DNA of 64,000 bases from Paraglaciecola hydrolytica (GTDB taxonomy: Bacteria; Pseudomonadota; Gammaproteobacteria; Enterobacterales; Alteromonadaceae). The notes beneath the pieces were generated by a model, which was given only the letters and a program-made list of their open reading frames with translations, made no database searches and was not told where the DNA came from. The position numbers were made by a program, and so were the translations under genes. The stretch spans positions 256,845 through 320,844 of the forward strand of contig NZ_LSNE01000007.1 in assembly GCF_001565895.1 (NCBI RefSeq). Reading direction: 5' to 3'. Positions 1 through 9,275 of this stretch are shown here, in pieces; the stretch's first letter is position 1; each line of letters begins with the position of its first letter.

Positions 1-320
1 AAACTGAAATTGAAGATGTTGGTGGTGGTTTAAAACGCCAAATGTTGGGTTACAACCACGAACTCATGGCAGTTAAAATTTGGTTTGAGAAAGGAGCGAT
101 TGGTTACAATCATGCCCATAGACATTCGCAAGTAACTTATGTGGTTGAAGGCGAATTTCACTTCAATATTGCAGGTGTCACTAAGATACTTAGAGCAGGT
201 GATAGCTGTTTGATCCCACCTTTTGCCGATCATGGTGCGACTTGCCCTACAGGTGGAATTCTTATTGATACCTTTAGCCCCGCACGAGAAGATTTTGTTG
301 AAGGTTTAAGCAAACCTTAA
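1..320 (+). CDS. kdgF: KdgF-like cupin (pectin/alginate degradation protein); 5' end lies outside the window, since the frame is open from nt 3
   Basis: Small single-domain cupin with two His-containing motifs (HAHRHSQVTYVVEGE ... PPFADHG). The reading frame has no stop back to the window edge. It lies immediately upstream of a polysaccharide lyase, as in uronate utilisation loci. Confidence 0.5.
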   Translation, partial: TEIEDVGGGLKRQMLGYNHELMAVKIWFEKGAIGYNHAHRHSQVTYVVEGEFHFNIAGVTKILRAGDSCLIPPFADHGATCPTGGILIDTFSPAREDFVEGLSKP

Positions 321-421
321 TTCACATTGATAAGCGATTAGCTAACTAATCGCTTATATCCCTGTAGTCGTCATCGCGCAATGACCTTTTTAAATAAAGG
401 ACAGACAAAGGATATTTAAAA

Positions 422-2689
422 ATGCACCTAGCAAAAATAACCAACTTACTGTTGTTTGCATTCACATTTGCAACTCCCTTATTCATTCAAGCCCAAGCCC
501 AAGCCCAAATTCAACAAGAACATCCAAACTTGATTATGACCAAGGCGGGGGTCGAAAAGCTTAGACAAAATTTAGGCAAGGTGCCTTTGTTTGATAAGTC
601 ACTGCAAAGTGTCAAACAACAAGTGGATGCTGAAATTGCTTTGGGCATTGATACCCCCATTCCAAAAGATTTTTCCGGTGGATATACCCATCAGAGGCAT
701 AAACTCAATTTCCAAGTGGCGCAAAAAGCCGGTGAGCTGTATCAAATATTGCAGGATGACAAGTACGCAAAATACATCCGCGATATGTTGTTTCAATATG
801 AAGCTATGTACCAAGATTTGCCTGTGCATCCACAAACGCGTTCTTATGCGCGAGGCAAATTGTTTTGGCAGTGCCTAAACGACAGCAATTGGTTGGTATA
901 TATGAGCCAAGCTTATGATGCCATTTACGATACCTTGTCTGTCGAAGAGCGTGCCAAGCTTGAAAATAACCTATTTCGTCCCTTTGCTGATTTTATCTCC
1001 ATCGGCAATCCGCAATTTTATAACCGCATACATAACCATAGTACCTGGGGCAACGCCGCGGTTGGCATGATTGCCTTGGTGATGAATGATGAAGAATTAT
1101 TACAGCGAGCCTTGTATGGCATCGAAGATGATGGCCTTGAGCTTGACCTTAAAGATAACGACGGCGGTTTTATTAAGGTCGCCGGGCAAAAAGCGGGGTT
1201 TTTGGCTAATTTAGAAGAGCCGTTTTCGCCAGATGGTTATTTTACCGAAGGCCCTTATTACCAGCGTTATGCCATGTATCCTTTTTTGATTTTTGGCTTA
1301 GCGGCACATCATGTGAAACCTGAACTACAGGTGTTTGAACATAAAGACAATGTACTGCTTAAAGCGGTGGATGCCTTGTTAAATTTAACCGATGCCGACG
1401 GCAAGTTTTTCCCTTTAAATGACGGGCAAAAAGGCATGTCTTATTATTCGCCTGAATTGGTCACCGCGGTGGATATTGCTTACCATTACGGTAGTCAGGA
1501 TCCAAAATTGCTGAGCATTGTTGAAAAACAAGCTTTGGTATTATTGAACGAATCAGGCTTATCTGCTGCCATCGGTGTGCGTGATGGCAAGACTCAGCCC
1601 TTTGCCAAAAAATCCATTAATTTAAGTGATGGCCCAGATGGTAAACAAGGTGGGGTTGCCATCCTGAGATACGGCAATGAAGACTTAAGTCTGGTATTTA
1701 AATATGCCGCCCAAGGTTTGAGTCACGGCCACTATGACAAGTTGTCTTACTCTTTGTACAACAAGGGTGATGAGGTATTGCAGGATTATGGTTTGGCGCG
1801 TTTTGTTAATATTGAGCAAAAAGGTGGTGGCAATTATCTCAGTGAGAACAAAACCTGGGCAAAACAAACCATCGCCCACAATACTCTGACGCAAAACGAG
1901 ACGTCACATTTTAATGGCGAATACGAAACCGCCAGCCAATACCATTCAGACTTGTATTTGTACGATGACTCCAACAAAGACCTACAAGTGGTGAGTGCTA
2001 CCGAGTCTAATGCTTATCCCGGCACTGCAATGCACCGCACTATGGCGATGATCAAACCTAAAAATTTCGAAAAACCTTTTGTTTTAGATATTTTAAAAGT
2101 GAGTTCGCAAACTAAACATCAATATGATTTGCCTTTTTACTTTATGGGGCAGGTGATGAAGATGAATTTTACCTATGACTCCCCATCCAGCTTAAGTCCA
2201 TTAGGTAAGGATCAGGGTTATCAACATTTGTATGTGGAAGGTAAGGGGAAACCCTCTGACAATACCACGCAGTTTTCGTGGTTGGGCAATGGTACTTTTT
2301 ACACGTTAACTACTGCGACTGACTCGAATGATGAATTGCTATTGACCCGTTTGGGAGCCAACGATCCAGAGTTCAATCTGCGCCGAGATGCCGCGCTGAT
2401 GATCCGCAGAAAAAATGCTGGTGATACGGTGTTTGCCTCAGTGGTTGAGCCTCACGGTAGTTATAACCTAGTATCTGAGTTGTCGGTCAACTCAAACAGC
2501 AGCATTAAAGAATTGCAGGTAGTACACGACGATGCCAACTATACCGCTATCGCCATTAAAGATGTGAAAGGCACAACGAGTTTGTTTGTATTAGCCAATA
2601 AAGCTAACTCTACAACTCAGCAGCACAAGTTAAAAATAAACGGCAAATATTACCAGTGGACGGGAGCCTATCATTTTACAGATAGCTAA
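422..2689 (+). CDS. Secreted PL17-like oligouronide (alginate-type) lyase with an N-terminal alginate-lyase (alpha/alpha)6 domain and a heparinase II/III-like C-terminal domain
   Basis: 755 aa with an N-terminal signal peptide (LLLFAFTFATPLFIQA). Contains an NHSTW motif resembling the N-N-H-S-Y-W catalytic motif of alginate lyases. The size and two-domain architecture are typical of PL17/PL15 enzymes, and the gene is adjacent to a KdgF-like cupin. Confidence 0.55.
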   Translation: MHLAKITNLLLFAFTFATPLFIQAQAQAQIQQEHPNLIMTKAGVEKLRQNLGKVPLFDKSLQSVKQQVDAEIALGIDTPIPKDFSGGYTHQRHKLNFQVAQKAGELYQILQDDKYAKYIRDMLFQYEAMYQDLPVHPQTRSYARGKLFWQCLNDSNWLVYMSQAYDAIYDTLSVEERAKLENNLFRPFADFISIGNPQFYNRIHNHSTWGNAAVGMIALVMNDEELLQRALYGIEDDGLELDLKDNDGGFIKVAGQKAGFLANLEEPFSPDGYFTEGPYYQRYAMYPFLIFGLAAHHVKPELQVFEHKDNVLLKAVDALLNLTDADGKFFPLNDGQKGMSYYSPELVTAVDIAYHYGSQDPKLLSIVEKQALVLLNESGLSAAIGVRDGKTQPFAKKSINLSDGPDGKQGGVAILRYGNEDLSLVFKYAAQGLSHGHYDKLSYSLYNKGDEVLQDYGLARFVNIEQKGGGNYLSENKTWAKQTIAHNTLTQNETSHFNGEYETASQYHSDLYLYDDSNKDLQVVSATESNAYPGTAMHRTMAMIKPKNFEKPFVLDILKVSSQTKHQYDLPFYFMGQVMKMNFTYDSPSSLSPLGKDQGYQHLYVEGKGKPSDNTTQFSWLGNGTFYTLTTATDSNDELLLTRLGANDPEFNLRRDAALMIRRKNAGDTVFASVVEPHGSYNLVSELSVNSNSSIKELQVVHDDANYTAIAIKDVKGTTSLFVLANKANSTTQQHKLKINGKYYQWTGAYHFTDS

Positions 2690-2717
2690 ACTCAGCTTGC
2701 CCTACGTTATTTTAAAG

Positions 2718-2743
2718 ATTGCCGCATTGCGGCAATTTTTTTG
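2718..2743 (+). terminator. Rho-independent terminator after the lyase gene
   Basis: Perfect palindrome attgccgcaTTGCGGCAAT followed directly by a run of seven T residues. Confidence 0.5.
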
Positions 2744-3275
2744 CTTGAGGAGGTATAATACCAACTCTATTAAATAAATGTACACTCAGCGAGAATTTAA
2801 AAGCACATAATCAAGGCGCTTGAATGAAGTAATAGTGGTGCTCTTTAGAGTACGAGCAACGCTGAGTATGTGCTTTTAAAACTCGCCCAAAGGGAACGCC
2901 CCAGCGGATAAGGCTCTGCGTTCTCGCTATTTGAAAGGGTAAGGCCATTCCTGCATAGCGACGCCTTGTTCCTTAACCGCTGAATGCGTTCTAAGTGCCT
3001 ATTTATTTAATGGAATTGGTTTAAATACAAAGCCGTTTCACCACAATGATGCACCGGGAAAGTAGGTAAAAAGAGGTTGTTATTGGCTTAATACACTAAG
3101 GCTGAGGGGCTCTAATACGCTAAGCGGAGAGTGAAACAAAACTGCTGTGACCTTTTGAAATGGCCTTAAGCAGATATTACCCATCTCCAGCTAACACCTC
3201 TTATGGAGCAGGTGTTTGCCCCTACAGATACTGATTTCAACGACCATGAGCACACAGGTCACACATTGGGCCAGC

Positions 3276-4355
3276 TTAACTGCTCAATATTTTAAGTGGT
3301 AATGACAACGCGCCGTTATCTGTTTGCCCCCCAAGCCAAATAATGGCACTTAGGCCACCTAAAGTAATGACATACCACAAGATGGAAACGATCTGCGCAT
3401 AAGGGTTAAGGGGCAAAAGCTCACTTAGGTGGCGGCGTTTATATTCAAAGAATATTTCTACACTGCCTATGGCAAGTAAAAATCCTAACAAGGCCAAACC
3501 AAAGTGATAACTAACATAAACACCTAAAGCCGCACCCAAAGCACAGGCAATAATACCAACTCGCGAGTTGATTGAAAAAGCGATACTTTTAAGGACATGG
3601 CCACCATCTAAGGGCAACACAGGTAACATATTAAATAAATTAAGCAGTGCATTAAAAACCGCTAAACCGGCGAGAATTTCTATATCGCTAAGCCAATAGC
3701 CCACTAAACAAACAATCGACAATATCAAACCAAAAAAGGGCCCCATAATGGAAATCACAACATCTTGCCAGCGAGTATTAATTTTGTCGTCGCTAAGGGC
3801 TAAGCCGCCCACAAAAGGAATAAGGTAAATCCCTTTGGTTTTTAAACCAAAGTACTTCATCGCCTTGATATGACCGTATTCATGAAACACCAAACAAAAT
3901 ATCAGGGCAATGGCAAACTCAATAGAAAACAACCAGCTATAAGCGGCTAAACTGCCCGCAGCAAATAACACTTTAATGACCTTGGCACTTTTAAACAGTT
4001 TTAAGCCTAAACCCGCCATACCAATAAAACTAAATTTCATTGGCTGTTTTGTGCCTTGGACAACTTGCCTTTGTTCTATGTCTTTTTCGGTCAGGGTATT
4101 TTCATCTACAAGCTCACTATTAATTAAAAGCTTGAATTGCAGAGCAAAAGGCTGCCACTGCAGAGCACCATTGAGTTCTACTTGAATTTCACCGTGCTCA
4201 GTTTGTAGGGAAAATTGATGTAAAAACTTGTCATTGTTAGCGCTGGCACTAATTTGCGAAACGCAGTCATTCCCCCAAAATAGCTGTTGCCATCCAGCCA
4301 TTGAACCTTCTAACTTAAGTGTTTTACCTAAACACTCTATTGCTAATAATTGCAC
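3276..4355 (-). CDS. M50 family (site-2 protease-like) membrane metalloprotease with a ~110-aa soluble N-terminal extension. The true start is probably the ATG at 4301, which has an AAGGT Shine-Dalgarno; the ORF-track start at 4355 is a GTG.
   Basis: HExxH motif (FHEYGHIKAM) within a transmembrane helix and a second LPLDGGH motif, as in M50 peptidases. Several predicted TM segments. Confidence 0.6.
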   Translation of the reverse strand: MQLLAIECLGKTLKLEGSMAGWQQLFWGNDCVSQISASANNDKFLHQFSLQTEHGEIQVELNGALQWQPFALQFKLLINSELVDENTLTEKDIEQRQVVQGTKQPMKFSFIGMAGLGLKLFKSAKVIKVLFAAGSLAAYSWLFSIEFAIALIFCLVFHEYGHIKAMKYFGLKTKGIYLIPFVGGLALSDDKINTRWQDVVISIMGPFFGLILSIVCLVGYWLSDIEILAGLAVFNALLNLFNMLPVLPLDGGHVLKSIAFSINSRVGIIACALGAALGVYVSYHFGLALLGFLLAIGSVEIFFEYKRRHLSELLPLNPYAQIVSILWYVITLGGLSAIIWLGGQTDNGALSLPLKILSS

Positions 4356-4761
4356 TGTATAAACCCAATATAAAAACGTAGGTGGATTATTACTATATTT
4401 TCTGAGGCAACAAGGTTTATCGACAATAAAAGTTAAAAAGCAGATTAATGCAGTGGTAGGTATGCCATAAGGTAATTTCGACTGTCTTCAAAGCCGTAAT
4501 CGTGCAGTACTTAGCGGATGTAATTAAAAGCGAAAAGAATTTGAACCACTGAGGACTTAGAGAGCACAGAAAAAAAGCAGGTGTAAAAAGAGTTGTTATT
4601 AGCTTAAACAGATAGGGATGACTGGCTCAAAAGTGCCAAGGGACTAAACCGCTCTCGCGGTAGGGTTGCCGCTTCGACCATGTAAAAATACCCACCATTA
4701 CTGACCCGCTTCTAAGCTGAGTAAAGGGCATTTCGCCCTGAACTTACTTAGGAGTATTATT

Positions 4762-5640
4762 ATGACTCAGTTCACTGAAGCGGTTAGCCCCCTTCGTCAG
4801 CGCATGATAGATGATATGAACATGCGTAGACTCAGTCCTAAAACCCAAATTGGCTATATCCGTGCGGTAACGAAGCTCGCAGCGTACCTTAAACATTCAC
4901 CTGCTAACGCCACGGCAGAGGAGTTGCGGCAATTTCAGATAGCATTGGCCGAACAAGGTACATCCAACATCACCATCAACGCCACATTATCTGGTTTACA
5001 ATTCTTGTACTGTAAAACCCTTAATCGTCCTGATGTTATTAGTAAATTGAGTACGGTGCCTACGCCGCGTAAATTGCCTCAAGTGCTCAGCGTAGAGGAA
5101 GTTAAACGCCTGATTGCGGCTGCTCACAATCTAAAGTATCGCACCGCCTTGTCAGTGGCATACGGTGCCGGATTAAGGGTGAGCGAAGTGGTGGCATTGA
5201 AGGTCACTGATGTCGACAGTAAACGCATGGTCTTACGGATTGAACAAGGCAAGGGTAACAAGGACAGGTTGGCCATGTTATCACCGGTGCTACTGGGCTA
5301 CCTACGAGATTGGTGGCATTACGCGCATGCTCAGCAGTTGATGCTAAATGGTGGATGGTTATTTCCAGGACAGCAAGCGATTAACCCTATCTCCACACGT
5401 CAGTTAAGTCGTGCCTGTAAAGCGGCGGCACACGATGCCGACATTGACAAACGGGTTTCCATGCACACCTTACGACACAGCTTCGCGACTCACTTACTGG
5501 AAGCTAAAGTGGATATTCGGGTGATACAAACCTTGCTGGGTCACAGTAAATTGGAAACCACGGCACTGTATGCGCAAGTGGCAACCAAGTTACTGCATGA
5601 GGTTGTCAGTCCGCTCGATGCACTGACGTTGACGCAATGA
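4762..5640 (+). CDS. Tyrosine site-specific recombinase (phage integrase / XerCD family), IS91-associated
   Basis: 292 aa. C-terminal catalytic signature R...HTLRHSFATHLL...LLGH...TALY, giving the R-H-R-Y tetrad. N-terminal SAM-like core-binding domain. Confidence 0.75.
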   Translation: MTQFTEAVSPLRQRMIDDMNMRRLSPKTQIGYIRAVTKLAAYLKHSPANATAEELRQFQIALAEQGTSNITINATLSGLQFLYCKTLNRPDVISKLSTVPTPRKLPQVLSVEEVKRLIAAAHNLKYRTALSVAYGAGLRVSEVVALKVTDVDSKRMVLRIEQGKGNKDRLAMLSPVLLGYLRDWWHYAHAQQLMLNGGWLFPGQQAINPISTRQLSRACKAAAHDADIDKRVSMHTLRHSFATHLLEAKVDIRVIQTLLGHSKLETTALYAQVATKLLHEVVSPLDALTLTQ

Positions 5641-5650
5641 GTCACATGAT

Positions 5651-6856
5651 ATGCCTCGCCCCTCTCTTGAGGTGGCTGATGTCTTTCGGTTTTATGGTGA
5701 GCAATACAAGGCAGTACAGCAAGGACATCTGAGCCTCAATCAACTTAAAGTGATGTCGGCCATTACACGTTGTCGAAGTGCACAACTGGGTGGTCACCAA
5801 TTGCATTGCCCGCAATGTGATACCAACCTTATCGCCTACAATTCATGTCGCAATCGACATTGCCCCAAGTGTCAGTCATCCGCCGCTAAACGCTGGTTAA
5901 CCGCCCGTCAAACGCAACTGATACCGGTGGATTACTATCATGTTGTGTTTACCTTGCCTGCTGCCATTAGCCAGTTAGCGTTTTATAACAAAGCTGAACT
6001 GTATGGATTGTTGTTTAGCGCCGCCTCACAAACGCTGGCAACCATTGCCCAAGACCCCAAACACTTAGGTGCGGATATTGGAACAACCATGGTATTGCAT
6101 ACATGGGGTTCAGCCATGACGCACCATCCCCATGTGCATTGCATCGTGCCTGGCGGCGGGATAAGTACAGACAAGCAGCAGTGGCGAGCGTGTAAAAAAG
6201 GCTTCTTTTTACCGGTAAAGGTCTTGTCTCGCTTGTTTCGTCGGTTGTTTGTCGAGGGGTTACGCCAATTGTTTGCTGATGATGCGTTGCTGTTTTACGG
6301 TGAAATGAAGCCACTCATCGAGCCTAATAACTTTAGTGCTTGGTGCACACAGCAACAAAATAGATAATGGGTGGTGTATGCCAAACGCCCCTTTGCAGGG
6401 CCAGAAGCGGTACTGGCGTATTTATCCCGCTATACCCATCGAGTAGCAATAGCAAACAGTCGATTGCGCGAAATCAACGACCAATACGTCAGCTTTACCT
6501 TCAAGGACTATCGACTTAAAGGGTGTACTAAGCACAAAGAGATGCAATTAGACACACATGAATTTATCCGCCGATTTATGTTGCATGTGCTGCCGAGTGG
6601 GTTTCATCGCATACGCCATTACGGGTTGCTTGCCAGTAAAAGCAAACTGGCGCTGGCACGACATTTACTGGATGTACCTGCCCTTGATGTTGCGCCACCA
6701 TTGGAACCCGTTGTTGAGGAAAACGCGCCGTTCCAATGTCGTCAGTGCCATCAACCGATGGTAATAGTCGCGATAACATTGTCCGCCTATTTACCAAGGG
6801 CACCGCCAAGTGTGAGTAATAGAAATGAAACGTTCACACTATCAACTCAACATTAA
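5651..6856 (+). pseudogene. tnpA: IS91-family transposase (Y1/Y2 HUH rolling-circle) interrupted by a single in-frame TAA at 6365-6367
   Basis: N-terminal zinc-binding CxxC...CxxC motifs and an HUH motif (HVHCIVPGGG). The C-terminal WVVYAKRPFAGPEAVLAYLSRYTHRVAI motif is typical of IS91/ISCR transposases. The ORFs 5651-6367 and 6371-6856 are in the same frame and are separated only by the TAA codon (...QQQNR*WVVYAK...). Confidence 0.7.
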
Positions 6857-7326
6857 TATCATCGGCGAAACGCGGTGAGAGGCGTGCTATGTTTGAACGC
6901 TTAAAATTCGTGAAATCATGGCAATTGAAGCAATATAAAAAAGGAAGAAACAGGTGGTAGAGATGAAGAAAACACGAATATTACTGGTTCGAAAAAACAT
7001 ACTCAGCAACGATCAGGCAACTATCCGTCGACCCACCAACGAAATCCCCATAGTAACGACACATCACAGGTAAACTCTCGCGGTTTCCTCCCTCGGATAT
7101 TATCCGCTAGCTGTCCCAGCCTAGCAGGGCGAAGGCAGTTTAGTGTGGCCGACAGCTAACTGATAATCTAAACAAAAGCCGTCATAGCCGAACCAAACAA
7201 AGAACGGCTCTGGTTAGCAGATAGCGGTCGTTTGTCTAATAGGCTTGATCTCGCAGGTTTCACACCGAGCTAACGTTTAGTCTCGGTATTTTCCTAAGCT
7301 AAGCATAATGTTTTATTGGCTTATAA

Positions 7327-7968
7327 CTATTGTCTTAGTTCCTCCATATCACACAGTATTTCATCTAGTTTTTTCATTACTCTGCCGTACATAAGTTTTA
7401 AGTCAAACAAATAAAGTGTCGTTGCAAAATATCCGACTACTGCGATGATTAAGCAGGCTGCAAAATAAAACACCCAAGGCGTACCAAAGAGCAGGCCGCT
7501 ATCAGGGTAACTCACTAAATATCCTTCAATAAGGTTTTTTCCTACTGTGGATATTCTGATTTCAACTAATATGGCAAGCGCTAATGAAGGGTAAAAAACT
7601 TGATATGCCCAAGTGAATGAGCTGACCATGTCATTAAACCATTCATTAAAGCCCTTAATATACTGGTAGCTGTTGTCAGATTTACTATTCAAATCTAGCT
7701 TCTTCAACTGTTTACGGGCAATGAAAGCAATCCAAAGCAACAAAAACGGCATGGTGGTCGCCAAAACTAACCAACCTTTAGCGAAACAAATCAAACTAAT
7801 GAAAATGGGCAGTACAATTAAGTATTTAACATTTAGCGCATACATGCGGTGAATTTTATCCACAATGTTTTTCGATTTCTTGCTATACAGATTATTAATT
7901 TTAGGGATGGCTGTTAGGTTGCTTTCCACGAAACCGTGTTTCCAAATTTGTTCTATTGAGTTATTCAT
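7327..7968 (-). CDS. Multi-pass membrane protein directly downstream of an ECF sigma factor; candidate anti-sigma factor or sigma-associated membrane protein
   Basis: 213 aa with about 4 hydrophobic TM segments after a ~50-aa N-terminal cytoplasmic region. Its start codon abuts the sigma gene's stop codon (cta|cat junction). AT-rich, and no recognisable zinc anti-sigma (ZAS) motif. Confidence 0.45.
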   Translation of the reverse strand: MNNSIEQIWKHGFVESNLTAIPKINNLYSKKSKNIVDKIHRMYALNVKYLIVLPIFISLICFAKGWLVLATTMPFLLLWIAFIARKQLKKLDLNSKSDNSYQYIKGFNEWFNDMVSSFTWAYQVFYPSLALAILVEIRISTVGKNLIEGYLVSYPDSGLLFGTPWVFYFAACLIIAVVGYFATTLYLFDLKLMYGRVMKKLDEILCDMEELRQ

Positions 7969-8454
7969 CTAGAGGTCCTCTATGTTAAGTAGTTTGTTCA
8001 GCCGTATTTTTATGCGAGTAATGCGAACACCTATATTGTTAGGGTTTGTTCCAATAATTTCACTTATCTCAACATAGGTTTTTTCTTCCAAGTACAATAG
8101 AATAATGGCTCTATCTACTTCTGATAATTGACGAATTCCAGCATATAATTGTTCTATATCGTGCTCTGCGGATATTTGACTATCCGCTATCGCCACATCG
8201 GGAAGTAAGTCTGAAACAAACGTATTGTTCTTATTTTTTTTCAAATAGGTCAGACATACATTAAGCGATAATTTGAACACCCAAGTAGACCACTGGGCAT
8301 CGCCATTAAAATTATCTTTGCTTCGCCATATTTGTAGACAAACTTCCTGATAATAGTCTTCAAAGTCTGCTTGAGTATTGGTATACGCACGACAAATTTT
8401 CACTATGATTGCTGCATAGGGCAAAATAGACATAGTGTAAAAATCACTTCCCAT
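7969..8454 (-). CDS. ECF (sigma-70 family, group IV) RNA polymerase sigma factor
   Basis: 161 aa. A region-2-like segment (YYQEVCLQIWRS) and a region-4 helix-turn-helix (TYVEISEIIGTNPNNIGVRITRIKIRL). The size is typical of ECF sigma factors. Confidence 0.7.
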   Translation of the reverse strand: MGSDFYTMSILPYAAIIVKICRAYTNTQADFEDYYQEVCLQIWRSKDNFNGDAQWSTWVFKLSLNVCLTYLKKNKNNTFVSDLLPDVAIADSQISAEHDIEQLYAGIRQLSEVDRAIILLYLEEKTYVEISEIIGTNPNNIGVRITRIKIRLNKLLNIEDL

Positions 8455-9275
8455 ATATTGAGTGCTTCCGTTTTATTGTTTTCCTAGTTAGTGGCTTAAA
8501 TTTAGATTTATTACACATGAGGAAATTTATTTTTGGTTCTAGCCTTGTTTTAGAAAAAGTGGATTCAGTCTAAGTATGTGAGACCATTGTTTAATTAAGA
8601 AATGGTTGCCTATCAGTTTTTTGTGAAGTTGCAATATACGCACACAAAACAGACATTCCTACTAAGCCGCATTACTTGAATAGTTCAGAAATAATTTTGA
8701 CTAAGGTCAAAGGTAGGTGTCTGAGTTATCGTTTCTTCTATTGCTAAGCAAATTCCATATTAAGCGTAGCTTTCGGAAAACTAGTGACATAACCACTATC
8801 GAATTGCAGTGATCGGCACAAACTTGCAATTCAACCTCCACCTTTCGTATGACCGCTTTGGCAGTGAACTTATCATACGCCACAGCCAAGGCCTATGACC
8901 GTTTCTCGCTCATAGCCGCCTATCTATATAAAAATCAATTCAACTACTGAGCCAAATACCCATAAATCTTTGCCTATTTATTTTGCGAGACTTTTTTCTC
9001 CGCTTTCTCTGTGGTGATAACGCTTTGTCTTGTAACTAGTTTCTAGCCCCTGCTTGCCCTTTCTATATTCAAATATGAAACAGACTGCTTTATTGTGATG
9101 ATATTGCTTAACCAGTTGTTAAAAAACTCTCTATTAACCTTATTTTTACAATCGTAGTTATGTTAATGTGACGTAAATTGATTTAATATGACTGTATATA
9201 GTTAAACTTGAGTGGCTAGGTATTCAAGACTAACACTTAAGCATTCCACCCCATTTGTTTAAAAGGACAACAGAT

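Larger units (their letters stand above)
4380..7320 (+). mobile_element. IS91-family (rolling-circle) insertion sequence carrying an upstream tyrosine-recombinase ORF. The boundaries are approximate: structured non-coding flanks at 4356-4761 and 6857-7326.
   Basis: A phage-integrase-type gene is immediately followed (10 bp gap, same strand) by an HUH/Y-type IS91-family transposase gene. A recombinase ORF accompanying the transposase is a known variant of IS91-family elements. No terminal inverted repeats are present, which is expected for this family. The 3' flank contains hairpins such as agctgtc...gacagct. Confidence 0.45.

Noticed and set aside
2744-2830. Possible 10-codon micro-ORF (MYTQREFKST) after the lyase terminator with an upstream GAGGAGG
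   Set aside because: The GAGGAGG is ~20 nt from the ATG, which is too far for a functional Shine-Dalgarno, and the ORF is tiny with no support. It is noted only as part of the structured spacer.
5983-6809. Nested minus-strand and alternate-frame ORFs inside the IS91 transposase gene
   Set aside because: They lie inside a conserved transposase coding frame and have no start context, so they are treated as spurious.
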